Below, in pieces: positions 1 through 7,771 of a DNA stretch of 32,000 bases. The stretch covers positions 54,183 to 86,182 of the forward strand of contig NZ_JBLZNH010000004.1 in assembly GCF_051194135.1 (NCBI RefSeq), read 5' to 3'. The notes under the pieces are model-generated. The model was not told where the DNA came from and did no database searches. It saw only the letters and a program-made list of their open reading frames with translations. Position 1 is the stretch's first letter; each line of letters opens with the position of its first letter. A program made the position numbers and the translations under genes. Source of the stretch: Halorubrum sp. HHNYT27 (GTDB lineage Archaea; Halobacteriota; Halobacteria; Halobacteriales; Haloferacaceae).

Positions 1-2
1 TG

Positions 3-383
3 ATCGTCTCCGGGACCGACCAGACGTTCCGGGGCGAACCGTTCGAGCCGCTCCCGCAACTCATCGCGACCGCGGAGTACGTCGATAAGCTACAGGCGAT
101 CTGCTTGCAGTGCGGCGAGCCAGCCTCGCGGAACCAGCGACTCATCGAGGGCGAGCCCGCTCACGCCGAGGACCCGACGATCCTCGTCGGCGCCGAGGAG
201 TCGTACGAGGCCCGGTGTCGTGACTGCCACGTGCTGCGGACGGGCGAGCGCCCGGAGGGCGGACGGGCGTACCTGACCGACGACGCGACGGAAACCGACG
301 AGCCGGGGGCGTCCGAGGAGTCCGGCGACCTCGACTCCTCGGTCGACGGTGCGGAGGAACCGGTGGACGCGAGCGACGACTGA
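3..383 (+). CDS. tdk: thymidine kinase, C-terminal part (5' end lies outside the window)
   Basis: The frame is open from position 3. It translates as [47 protein letters not shown]...ARCRDCH. This matches the thymidine kinase C-terminal lasso/zinc region with paired CxxC motifs, followed by an acidic tail. Confidence 0.85.
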   Translation: MVSGTDQTFRGEPFEPLPQLIATAEYVDKLQAICLQCGEPASRNQRLIEGEPAHAEDPTILVGAEESYEARCRDCHVLRTGERPEGGRAYLTDDATETDEPGASEESGDLDSSVDGAEEPVDASDD

Positions 384-389
384 GCCTGC

Positions 390-665
390 CTACGCGTCGG
401 TCCGGTCTTCGACCGACGCCGAGGAAACCTCGTCTCCGTCCTCCTGTCCGCCGTTCTCGGCCGTGGCGACGCGGAACAGTCCGACTATCGAGACGAGCGC
501 GAGGACCGCCCCCTCAACCCGCGCGACGGCGTACACCCACTCGCGGGGCTTCGCGTCGCCGGCGTCTCGGTAGACGATCCTCGTCCACGCTCGCACGACC
601 GACCGCGGGGCGAGCGTCTGAATCAGTCCGACGAGGCCGACGACCAGCAGGAGTGCCGCTTTCAT
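390..665 (-). CDS. small membrane protein (hypothetical)
   Basis: 91-aa ORF with two hydrophobic segments (MKAALLLVVGLVGLI and GAVLALVSIVGLF) and an acidic C-terminus. I recognise no family. Confidence 0.4.
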   Translation of the reverse strand: MKAALLLVVGLVGLIQTLAPRSVVRAWTRIVYRDAGDAKPREWVYAVARVEGAVLALVSIVGLFRVATAENGGQEDGDEVSSASVEDRTDA

Positions 666-743
666 ACCGTATGATTCGTCGCGAGGAGTTAAAAATGGGC
701 GCGCCGCGGCGTCCGTCGATACGACACTCGTCGCCCGAACCCG

Positions 744-1259
744 CTACATGGGCTCCGCGGCCGCGAGATATCGGCGGCAGGTCGCGGCGGCCCATTCGCG
801 AACCGAGGCGGCGTCCGACCAGAGCACCGCGGCGAGTCCCCGCTCGTCGAACAGACCGACGACGGCGCGGTCGCCGACGAGGAGCACGGCGACGGGTGTC
901 TCCCCCTCGTGGCGGTACGACTTGACGCCGCGTGCGGCGAGTGCCGACCGAATCGGGGCGCCCGCCGGGCCACCGAGCCGCTGGGCCGCGCTTCCGGTGA
1001 ACACCAGCCGCGTCTCCGCGTCGAGGTCGCGGGTGACTCGACGAGCGAGCGACGGGTCCGCCCGCGGAATCACTCCGACGACGGCGTCGCCGCCGTCGCT
1101 CTCTCCGGTCCGTTCGAGGAGTGCGGCAACCCGCGCGGCGGGGTCGGGGTCGTCGCCGCGCTCGACGACGGTGACCTCGTCAGCGGGGCTCGCGAGGTCG
1201 TCGCCGACCGCCGCGAGCACGAACGCGCGGAGCGAGGCGCCGGGGCCGTCGTCACTCAC
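744..1259 (-). CDS. hypothetical acidic protein, possibly a DUF1724/FilR1-like regulator domain without an HTH
   Basis: 171-aa acidic ORF. It overlaps the upstream methyltransferase gene by 8 nt, which suggests an operon. The family assignment rests on weak recollection only. Confidence 0.45.
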   Translation of the reverse strand: MSDDGPGASLRAFVLAAVGDDLASPADEVTVVERGDDPDPAARVAALLERTGESDGGDAVVGVIPRADPSLARRVTRDLDAETRLVFTGSAAQRLGGPAGAPIRSALAARGVKSYRHEGETPVAVLLVGDRAVVGLFDERGLAAVLWSDAASVREWAAATCRRYLAAAEPM

Positions 1260-1875
1260 CCGCGGGCCCCTCCGACGGTCGCGGGGGATACGACTGCCGG
1301 CCCCCGGTCGACCGCCGAGCGAGAAGGCGGGCGGTCGCTCGGCGCCTGTCGTTCGGGCGCTCCTCGGTCGTCTCGTCGTAGTAGAGGACCGTCAGGCCGA
1401 GCCCCGCCCGGAGCAGTTCGTTGGCCGCGAATCGGTATCGGTCGTCGCTCGGTCCGGAGGGGGTCGGCGCCGCGGACCGGAGGTGCCCCTCCACGAACAG
1501 GTAGCCGCCGGGGACCAGCGCCTCGGTGAGGTCGGAAAAGCGGTCGAGCGTGTGAAAGAAGCTCATCGTGATCAGCTCGTACGCCTCGCTCGGGAACCCG
1601 TACGTGGAGACGTCGCCGAGGATCGGCTCGACTCGGTCGCCGATACCCATCTCTTCCGCGCGCTCGACCGTGACGCGCAGTCCCTCCCGGGAGGCGTCGA
1701 GCGCGTCGACCGAGTAGCCGGCCTCGGCGAGGAACACCGCGTTTCGGCCGGTTCCCGCGGCAACGTCGAGGGCGCGCCCGTCGGGGATCGAGGCCTCGTA
1801 CGCGCGCAGCACGGGCGACGGCTCCGGCTCTCGCGGGTAGTCCCCGGACGCGAACCGCTCGTCCCAGTCAGTCAT
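1252..1875 (-). CDS. class I SAM-dependent methyltransferase
   Basis: I place the start at the internal ATG (MTDWDERF...). SAM-binding motif I is LDVAAGTGRNAVFLAEAGY, followed by DALD. The 55 aa upstream in the track ORF are R/S-rich and look like non-coding extension. Confidence 0.8.
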   Translation of the reverse strand: MTDWDERFASGDYPREPEPSPVLRAYEASIPDGRALDVAAGTGRNAVFLAEAGYSVDALDASREGLRVTVERAEEMGIGDRVEPILGDVSTYGFPSEAYELITMSFFHTLDRFSDLTEALVPGGYLFVEGHLRSAAPTPSGPSDDRYRFAANELLRAGLGLTVLYYDETTEERPNDRRRATARLLARRSTGGRQSYPPRPSEGPAGE

Positions 1876-1934
1876 GGCGGCGATTGCGACCGACCGGGCG
1901 TAAACCCCACGGGCGTGGCGGTCGCATTCCCTGC

Positions 1935-2453
1935 ATGGACGAGACCGAACCCACCGCAGAGACCCTCGGCGACCTGTTGACCGACCGCGGCGAGAGCCTC
2001 GCCGTCGCCGAGTCGCTGACCGGCGGGCTGGTCGGGTCACGCGTGACCGACGTCCCCGGCGCGAGCGCGTACTTCGATCGCGGCTTCGTCACCTACGCGT
2101 ACGACGCGAAGCGCGAACTCCTCGGCGTCTCCCGCGAGTCACTCGACGCCGAGGGAGCGGTGAGCGCCCGAGTCGCGGAAGAGATGGCCGCCGGCGCACG
2201 AGACCGCGCGGGCACCACCTGGGCGGTCGCCACCACCGGAACCGCTGGGCCGGGCGGGGGCACTCCGGAGAAACCCGTCGGCCTCGTGTTCGTCGCCGTC
2301 GCCTACGCCGCGCCGTGGGGAACGGAGGCGTCGTTCACCCGGAGCGAGCGGGTGCTTCTCGACGGAGACCGAAGCGAGGTGAGACGCGGCGCCGTCGACG
2401 CCGCGATCGGTGCGCTCGTCCGGGCGGTCCGCGAGGTCGCCGCCGCGGAATAG
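1935..2453 (+). CDS. CinA C-terminal domain / nicotinamide-nucleotide amidohydrolase (PncC-like) protein
   Basis: From the ATG at 1935 (MDETEPT...). CinA-C signatures are present: LAVAESLTGGLVGSRVTDVPGAS.YF.RGFVTY, then ATTGTAGPGGG and GLVFVAV. Confidence 0.85.
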   Translation: MDETEPTAETLGDLLTDRGESLAVAESLTGGLVGSRVTDVPGASAYFDRGFVTYAYDAKRELLGVSRESLDAEGAVSARVAEEMAAGARDRAGTTWAVATTGTAGPGGGTPEKPVGLVFVAVAYAAPWGTEASFTRSERVLLDGDRSEVRRGAVDAAIGALVRAVREVAAAE

Positions 2454-2496
2454 GGCGGCGACTGCCCCCGCGCGAGTCCTCGCTGATGCACAAGCG

Positions 2497-2502
2497 TTTA
2501 TC
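2497..2502 (+). promoter_or_regulatory. TATA box (TTTATC) for a leaderless usp transcript
   Basis: The TTTATC is centred about 27 nt upstream of the ATG at 2526, the typical haloarchaeal spacing. Confidence 0.4.
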
Positions 2503-2525
2503 ACATAGATATGCGTACATATTGC

Positions 2526-2945
2526 ATGGTTCAACGCGTACTGGTGCCGATGGACGACTCAGAGCTCTCCGAGCGGGCGCTACGCTACGCGCTCGATGTG
2601 CACCATGACGCCGACGTGGCGGTGTTACACGTCGTCGGCGAGCCCTCTCGGATGATGGGGGCTGCGACGGGAATCGCGCTCGCCGACGACAGCGAGGAGC
2701 GGGTCCGGGAGCTATCCGCGGAGGTGTTCGAGCGAGCAACGCAGATCGCCGACGAGTACGGCGTCACTATCGAAACGCTGACCGAGGTCGGCTCACCGGC
2801 CCGTCGGATCGTCGAGCGGGCCGACGAGTTCGACGTGGTCGTCATCGGGACGCACGGCGGGTCGCTCGCGGATCGGCTTCTCGTCGGTAACGTGGCGAAG
2901 TCCGTCTTCCAACACTCGCCGGTGCCCGTGACGGTCGTGCGCTGA
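2526..2945 (+). CDS. universal stress protein (UspA family)
   Basis: MVQRVLVPMDDSELSERAL.YAL ... DVVVIGTHGGSLADRLLVGNVAKSVFQHSPVPVTVV. This is the canonical Usp N- and C-terminal motif set. Confidence 0.85.
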   Translation: MVQRVLVPMDDSELSERALRYALDVHHDADVAVLHVVGEPSRMMGAATGIALADDSEERVRELSAEVFERATQIADEYGVTIETLTEVGSPARRIVERADEFDVVVIGTHGGSLADRLLVGNVAKSVFQHSPVPVTVVR

Positions 2946-2984
2946 GCGAGAGCGTGCGGTCCGGGTCGGTTCCGGCCCGTGGCG

Positions 2985-3191
2985 TCACCCGTCGATGTAG
3001 GCGTGGCCGAGCACCGCGACGATCAGCGCCGCGACGACGATCCACGCGAACGGCTCGACCGCGAGCAGGCGGAGCGGTCGGGCCACCGACTCGTCGACGC
3101 CGAACAACACTCCGGAGGCGAAGAGGATAGCGACGACGAGGGCGGCGACGACCCCGGCGACGCCCAGCAGCGCGGTGTCGGTCCGATCCAT
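2985..3191 (-). CDS. small two-helix membrane protein (hypothetical)
   Basis: 68 aa from the internal ATG (MDRTDTALLGVAGVVAALVVAILFASG...FAWIVVAALIVAVLGHAYIDG). A TATATAA sits just upstream at 3205-3211. Confidence 0.5.
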   Translation of the reverse strand: MDRTDTALLGVAGVVAALVVAILFASGVLFGVDESVARPLRLLAVEPFAWIVVAALIVAVLGHAYIDG

Positions 3192-3313
3192 ACCGCGGAT
3201 CGGTCTCGTGCGTATATAAGCACATCCCGAGAGTCGATGCGAACAGGGTGAAGAGCAAGCCAGGGCAGGGCTTTGCAGATTATCTTTACAATCCCTCGAC
3301 TGCAGACTGAGGT

Positions 3314-4552
3314 ATGGGCGATCACGATCCACGTGCCGAGATCGACACACTGCGCCGCCGTATCCGGGGCGAAGTGGACGATCCCGACGCTGCTCGCGAC
3401 GTCACCGACGCCGACGCCGAGGCATTGATCAACTTCAGCGACCAACTCGATCTGCTCTCCAGTGAGTACTCCGACCACCGGCACCTCAAGCTGCTCCGGC
3501 ACTGCACTCGGATGGCCGAGCATACGAGCGTCCTCGCGGACGTCGTCGACGATCGCGACGCTGCCGAGGAGGTCGTCCGCTGGATCAACCGGGAGTACGA
3601 CAACGAGGAGACGAACCGGGACTACCGGAGCGCCATTCGCGTCTTCGCGAAGCGCGTCGCTCGCGAGAGCACGGCGCCGGACAGCGTTGACTGGATCCCA
3701 ACCGGTACCTCGAGCAGCTACGATCCGACGCCGAGCGAGCGAGATCTCCTCCTCTTCGAGCAGGATGTGAAGCCGATGGTCGAGGCCACACGCAACCCGC
3801 GCGATGCCGCCGCCATCATGATCCAGTTCGAGGCCGGACTCCGCGGTGGCGAGCTCGAGTCGCTTACCGTCGGCGACATTGTCGACGGCGAGCACGCGCT
3901 GGCTGTCCACGTCGACGGCAAGGAGGGCGAACGCGTCGTTCACCTGGTCGTCGCCGTCCCGTACCTCAACCAGTGGCTTGAGGCGCATCCGGCGCCGAGT
4001 GACCCCGACGCGCCGCTCTGGTCGCACCTCTCGAAGGCCTCGGGGCTTTCCTACAACGCCTACTTGAACATGTTCAAGGAGCCGGCGAAGCGGCTCGACA
4101 TGCACAAGGACGTCACTCCGACCAACTTCCGCCGGTCGAACACGCGCTGGCTCGTCCTCCAGGGCATGAGCCAGTCGCGTATCGAGGACCGTCAGGGTCG
4201 GAAGCGTGGCTCCGAGGCCACCCAGCGGTACATGGCTCGGTTCGGCGAGGAGTCGAACGAGCGCGCCTACGCGTCGATGCACGGGATCGACGTCGAGGAG
4301 GATCCCGACGGCGAGGACCACGCGCCCCTCGCATGCCCGCGATGTGACCGGGAGACACCCCGAGATAAGGAATACTGCGTCTGGTGTCACCAGGCGCTCA
4401 CGCCCGAGGCGGCTGAGCGCGTTGAGGAGGTCGACGACGCGCTCTTCGAGTCTGGCGTCGAGGCCACCGACGAGGCCACTGCTGAGGACCTTCGGGAGGC
4501 CAACCACGCCATCACGCCGCCGGTCAAACATCTGATGGCCGACCACGACTGA
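3314..4552 (+). CDS. tyrosine recombinase / phage-type integrase with a C-terminal zinc ribbon
   Basis: Catalytic-box candidates are FEAGLRGGE (Arg I), TNFRRSNTRWL (second Arg box) and SEATQRYMA (Tyr). A CPRC-x13-CVWC ribbon and an acidic tail follow. A TTTACA lies about 27 nt upstream of the ATG. Confidence 0.85.
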   Translation: MGDHDPRAEIDTLRRRIRGEVDDPDAARDVTDADAEALINFSDQLDLLSSEYSDHRHLKLLRHCTRMAEHTSVLADVVDDRDAAEEVVRWINREYDNEETNRDYRSAIRVFAKRVARESTAPDSVDWIPTGTSSSYDPTPSERDLLLFEQDVKPMVEATRNPRDAAAIMIQFEAGLRGGELESLTVGDIVDGEHALAVHVDGKEGERVVHLVVAVPYLNQWLEAHPAPSDPDAPLWSHLSKASGLSYNAYLNMFKEPAKRLDMHKDVTPTNFRRSNTRWLVLQGMSQSRIEDRQGRKRGSEATQRYMARFGEESNERAYASMHGIDVEEDPDGEDHAPLACPRCDRETPRDKEYCVWCHQALTPEAAERVEEVDDALFESGVEATDEATAEDLREANHAITPPVKHLMADHD

Positions 4553-4553
4553 C

Positions 4554-4727
4554 TCAGATATCACGATTACCCTCCTCGAGCTTGTCGAGCGCGTTCTGTG
4601 CGTACGGTGCGATCGGGAGGTCGGTGTCTGCGAGCCGCTCGAACAGCTCGCGATGGTCGCGAACGGTCTCGAGTGGTGACTCGGTGCCACTCGGTTCCTC
4701 CAGCTCGTCGATGTGGACAGCCCTCAT
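4554..4727 (-). CDS. hypothetical small acidic protein (57 aa)
   Basis: From the internal ATG (MRAVHIDELEEP...). Its ATG overlaps the stop of the upstream gene (ATGA), and the composition is acidic. Confidence 0.35.
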   Translation of the reverse strand: MRAVHIDELEEPSGTESPLETVRDHRELFERLADTDLPIAPYAQNALDKLEEGNRDI

Positions 4728-5062
4728 GAGGTCTCCTCCAGGTTCTCGGGATTGATTCGGGAGTAGTAGCTGGTCCCGAACTGGGCGTCGACGACGGCCG
4801 CAACGACAACGCCGTGGATGTTGGTGAGATGCTCTGGTTCGAGGCCATAACACGTCGTCAGCGTCTGCTCGCGCCGGAACACCACGAGGTCCGATCGCGC
4901 GTCATACCGTGCCTCGTCGTGTCGCGGGACAGGCGTCTCAGCAGGGATCTCGAGGCGGAGGCCGCGTTCCCACGCCGTCGCGACGGCAGCGCCACTGGTC
5001 GCGCGGATTCGGAACTGTTCGGCCGCGTGGTCGGTGGTGTACCGGGTGCGTTGGACGCTCAT
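4724..5062 (-). CDS. hypothetical protein (112 aa)
   Basis: ORF with a 4-nt start/stop overlap to both neighbours. I recognise no family. Confidence 0.5.
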   Translation of the reverse strand: MSVQRTRYTTDHAAEQFRIRATSGAAVATAWERGLRLEIPAETPVPRHDEARYDARSDLVVFRREQTLTTCYGLEPEHLTNIHGVVVAAVVDAQFGTSYYSRINPENLEETS

Positions 5063-5208
5063 GCGTCCACCTCGATGAGGAGGAGCGTGGCCTCGCGCAC
5101 GACGCTCTCGGTCGTATCGGTCGCCGGGTCGGTGGCGTTTGTGACGGGGCTTGCGATGCTGGAGTCGACGATCTCGTCGTGCGCGAGCGCGGAGATGGGA
5201 CTACGCAT
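5059..5208 (-). CDS. hypothetical small protein (49 aa)
   Basis: I chose the start MRSPISALAHDE because it overlaps the stop of the upstream micro-ORF (TGATG junction). Confidence 0.3.
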   Translation of the reverse strand: MRSPISALAHDEIVDSSIASPVTNATDPATDTTESVVREATLLLIEVDA

Positions 5209-5351
5209 CAGCGCGCCTCCGTGAGGTCGACGGTAAACGGCGACCGTATCCACGCGGCCGGGCTCTCCTCCGAGGAGATGACGTAGTCGCCGCAGACTTG
5301 GTAATCGTGGACCTCACCGTTCGCGCCGTCCGCGGCGTCACCGGCGGACAT
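5208..5351 (-). CDS. hypothetical micro-protein (47 aa, below the ORF-track cutoff)
   Basis: Hand translation gives MSAGDAADGANGEVHDYQVCGDYVISSEESPAAWIRSPFTVDLTEAR. Its ATG shares one base with the PadR gene stop (TAATG), and its stop overlaps the next ATG. Confidence 0.3.
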   Translation of the reverse strand: MSAGDAADGANGEVHDYQVCGDYVISSEESPAAWIRSPFTVDLTEAR

Positions 5352-5725
5352 TACTGCTCACCCCCCTCCCACGCCTGCCGTTCGGTGAGCAACGCCACGG
5401 CCGCGTCGGTCAGCGCGTAATTGTTCGTGCGCCTGTCGCGCTCGCTCTTCGCAATGAGATCGGCCTGGACGAGGTCGTCGAGGTTCGGATAGAGTCGTCC
5501 GTGGTTCACGTCCTCGCCGTACAGCGTCTCAAGCTGGCGCTTGACTCTGAGGCCGTACGCCTCGTGATCGGCCTCGTGGAACAGCGTCCAGAGGAGATCG
5601 CGTTGGAACCCGGTGAGTGCTGCATACGTGCGGAGCTGCTCGCGTCCGCTGTGGTCGCTGTCGATACGTCCTGGGTCGGTGGAGCCATCTTGATTAGGCC
5701 CCGTGTCTGATCTACTCATGGTCAT
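5351..5725 (-). CDS. PadR-family winged-helix transcriptional regulator
   Basis: From the internal ATG (MTMSRSD...). The PadR pattern is present: GLRVKRQLETLYGEDVNHGRLYPNLDDLVQADLIAKSERDRRTNNYALTDAAVALL. Confidence 0.7.
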   Translation of the reverse strand: MTMSRSDTGPNQDGSTDPGRIDSDHSGREQLRTYAALTGFQRDLLWTLFHEADHEAYGLRVKRQLETLYGEDVNHGRLYPNLDDLVQADLIAKSERDRRTNNYALTDAAVALLTERQAWEGGEQ

Positions 5726-5819
5726 CTGAGCCCTCGGAACGAGGGATTTGCTGGGGTGACCGGCCGTCGGCGCTGCCACGCCGGCGGGATTTTCCCGCGA
5801 CGGCCAGGTCAACGTAGAC

Positions 5820-6086
5820 TTATTCGACGGACACCTGATCCCACGGGATGAGGAGGTTCTCACGCTTGTCGAGGATCTCGTAGTGCTCGGCGTCGAGATC
5901 ATCGTCGCCGTTCTCGATCTGCCGGCGGCACCCTCGGCACCACACGTGGTTGTTCGTCCGGTCCCAGTCGACGTGGCCATTCGGACACACGTACCGATAT
6001 CGCTGCGACTCGACTGAGCGGTCGATCGTTACCACCAACTCATCGTCGTCGATGCGCCGAGCACCATATTCTTGCACGCGAGACAT
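5820..6086 (-). CDS. zinc-ribbon protein (hypothetical, 88 aa)
   Basis: MSRVQEYGARR...YVCPNGH-x13-WCRGC. The metal-ligand pattern is C-x3-H...C-x2-C, and the gene has its own TATA box. Confidence 0.55.
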   Translation of the reverse strand: MSRVQEYGARRIDDDELVVTIDRSVESQRYRYVCPNGHVDWDRTNNHVWCRGCRRQIENGDDDLDAEHYEILDKRENLLIPWDQVSVE

Positions 6087-6109
6087 CCGCTCTAGCTGAC
6101 GGGTTGAGG

Positions 6110-6115
6110 TATAAA
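6110..6115 (-). promoter_or_regulatory. TATA box (TTTATA on the minus strand) for the leaderless 6086 gene
   Basis: Plus-strand TATAAA at 6110-6115 is centred about 27 nt upstream of the minus-strand ATG ending at 6086. Confidence 0.45.
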
Positions 6116-6374
6116 GACCGTTTTTCTCCCCCGGGCCGGAAGTGAAGCCCCCATCGTGGAGGCCATCCGGTGACCGAGAGTGGGACTCTCTCAACAGATA
6201 CGCGCGATGAGAACAAGCGGGCATGAGCGAAAGTGGTCTCGTCGGTCGGGTCGATCCGGACACGAGCGCCACCCTCGAGCCACTTCGTTTCGATATCGCG
6301 AGCCCGTCGACGGTCGACGGGCTCCCTGAGGAGACGATCGGGATGTGCGTCTCGAGTGCTGCGAACGACCGCAT

Positions 6375-6590
6375 CTACGGCCCCTCCGTGAGCGTGACCG
6401 CGGTTCGATGCTCACCATCGATGACGACCTCGGTGAGTGACTCGCCGCCACACGGAACCCACGTCCGGCCGTTCCAGCGGTCGACACACCGGTCGGCGCG
6501 CCACGGCGCGTCCGGCACACGTTCGTAGCGGATACGCCGGCGCTCGCCCGACTCGGTCGTGTACACGATCGTCGGCAGGTCGTCACGCAT
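6375..6590 (-). CDS. hypothetical protein (71 aa)
   Basis: From the internal ATG (MRDDLPTIVYTTESGERRRIRYERVPDAPW...). The ATG lies inside the end of the upstream micro-ORF. Confidence 0.45.
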   Translation of the reverse strand: MRDDLPTIVYTTESGERRRIRYERVPDAPWRADRCVDRWNGRTWVPCGGESLTEVVIDGEHRTAVTLTEGP

Positions 6591-6756
6591 TGCGCACCTC
6601 CTCGTCGACGACGTCCTGGGTCGTCTGATACTGCTCAGCCACCAGTGCCGCGACCTGCTCGGCCTGCTCTTTATCGCCGTCCATCGCGGTGACAGTGACG
6701 AGCGTCTCGATACGCCCTGCATCGTCACAAATCGCGACGTCGTGTCTATTCACCAT
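6583..6756 (-). CDS. hypothetical micro-protein (57 aa, below the ORF-track cutoff)
   Basis: Hand translation gives MVNRHDVAICDDAGRIETLVTVTAMDGDKEQAEQVAALVAEQYQTTQDVVDEEVRNA. It is acidic and overlaps both neighbours by 8-11 nt. Confidence 0.35.
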   Translation of the reverse strand: MVNRHDVAICDDAGRIETLVTVTAMDGDKEQAEQVAALVAEQYQTTQDVVDEEVRNA

Positions 6757-6889
6757 TCGTCACCTCAAGCTCGAACGGGTCCGCTCGCGAGTAGTGCGCG
6801 ATCGCGTCGAGCAGGCTGATGTCGGCGGGATATTGCCGCGCGACGAACACGGCACGCGTGAAGCGCTCGTCGGCGTCCCACCTAGACAT
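6746..6889 (-). CDS. hypothetical micro-protein (47 aa, below the ORF-track cutoff)
   Basis: Hand translation gives MSRWDADERFTRAVFVARQYPADISLLDAIAHYSRADPFELEVTNGE. It overlaps the upstream gene by 8 nt and the downstream gene by 11 nt. Confidence 0.35.
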   Translation of the reverse strand: MSRWDADERFTRAVFVARQYPADISLLDAIAHYSRADPFELEVTNGE

Positions 6890-7256
6890 CGGCCGTCGCC
6901 TCCTCACTCGAGAGGTGCCGGACGGTCACGACCTCGCCGCGCTCCAGGTCGGCACCCTCGCAGGCAACGATCGCGTCGAGTTCCTCCAGAACGATTCCAT
7001 CTTCCCAGCGGTTGAGACAGTGGGTGAGCACTCGTGAGACGGCACCGTCCCAGTCGCCCTGGACGCGCACAATGGGCGTCTCGATCATCTTGGAGATGCG
7101 CGCGTCGGTGACCGTGCGAACGCCCGTATCGACGACGTCGACGGGGCGCGTACGGTCGCCGAAGACGACGCGGTCGCCCACGCGGAGCTCACGCAGGTCG
7201 GTGATCGTGTCGGTGCTATCAGTACCGTTTTGGGGTGTCGGATTCGTGGTTGACAT
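6882..7256 (-). CDS. hypothetical protein (124 aa), first gene of the micro-gene array
   Basis: Acidic ORF (MSTTNPTPQNGTDSTDTITDLRELRVGDRVVFGDR...). I recognise no family. Confidence 0.55.
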   Translation of the reverse strand: MSTTNPTPQNGTDSTDTITDLRELRVGDRVVFGDRTRPVDVVDTGVRTVTDARISKMIETPIVRVQGDWDGAVSRVLTHCLNRWEDGIVLEELDAIVACEGADLERGEVVTVRHLSSEEATADV

Positions 7257-7330
7257 GCTGTCGTTAGTGGACAGCGCGGTCGTCGGCGGTGCAACGCCGG
7301 CGGCCAGACCTTCTGACCGCGTCCCGCGCT

Positions 7331-7432
7331 TCTACTAGTTAGTATATTTGCTAACTATTTATAGATTAGCATTTGCGCTAACTATTAGTATATGCGCTAA
7401 GTACCGTCTTGTAGTGGTTAGCAAATACTACA
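7331..7432. promoter_or_regulatory. AT-rich divergent control region with repeated GCTAA/TTAGC operator-like cores
   Basis: Direct GCTAA cores lie at 7350, 7377 and 7396; inverted TTAGC cores at 7366 and 7418. TATTTGCTAAC (7345-7355) and GTTAGCAAATA (7417-7427) form an 11-nt perfect inverted repeat. GCTAACTATT is repeated at 7350-7359 and 7377-7386, and TTAGTATAT at 7339-7347 and 7385-7393. Confidence 0.5.
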
Positions 7433-7675
7433 ATGGGCACGCACAGAACACACGGTATGGCGAAGACTCGCGCGCTTCTCACAGAGACGGAGCGCGAGCA
7501 GATCGCGGGCGAGCATGGTAACTCTCGAAAGTACCAAGCAACATCTCGAGTCCGAGGACGGATCCAGGAAGAGCTCGAAAGCGACATGGAGGTCCTCAAA
7601 GAGCACCACCCGGACCTGCTCGAGGAGCTCCGCGAAGTCGTCTGCAAGGAGATCGCTGAGGGCGAAGACGAATGA
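7433..7675 (+). CDS. small putative HTH protein (80 aa; the start may be the second ATG at 7457)
   Basis: MAKTRALLTETEREQIAGEHGNSRKYQATSRVRGRIQEEL resembles a short LT-x-x-E HTH module. An acidic helical tail follows. Confidence 0.5.
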   Translation: MGTHRTHGMAKTRALLTETEREQIAGEHGNSRKYQATSRVRGRIQEELESDMEVLKEHHPDLLEELREVVCKEIAEGEDE

Positions 7676-7771
7676 CAGTCTCGACACCGCCGACGTACCA
7701 AGACGAGTCTCTCTATTGAAACCGTCGTGACCGATAGTAAGTATTCTACAGATGAGTGAATACCCTCTCGC

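Noticed and set aside
748-1980. 410-aa plus-strand ORF, the longest in the first 3 kb
   Set aside because: It is antisense to two well-supported minus-strand genes (744-1259 and the SAM methyltransferase). The R/S/P/A-rich, basic composition is typical of shadow frames in GC-rich DNA, not of acidic haloarchaeal proteins.
3023-4690. 555-aa minus-strand ORF overlapping the integrase
   Set aside because: It is a shadow ORF opposite the integrase gene. It has an R/S/V/L-rich low-complexity sequence and no motifs, whereas the integrase frame has clear catalytic boxes.
4554-5062. Toxin-antitoxin pair (112-aa plus 57-aa overlapping genes; YTTDHAAEQFRIR reminded me of HA..R toxin motifs)
   Set aside because: The motif resemblance is too short and vague. 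Neither protein shows a recognisable RelE/ParE, VapC or HicA core by eye. I kept both as hypothetical proteins.
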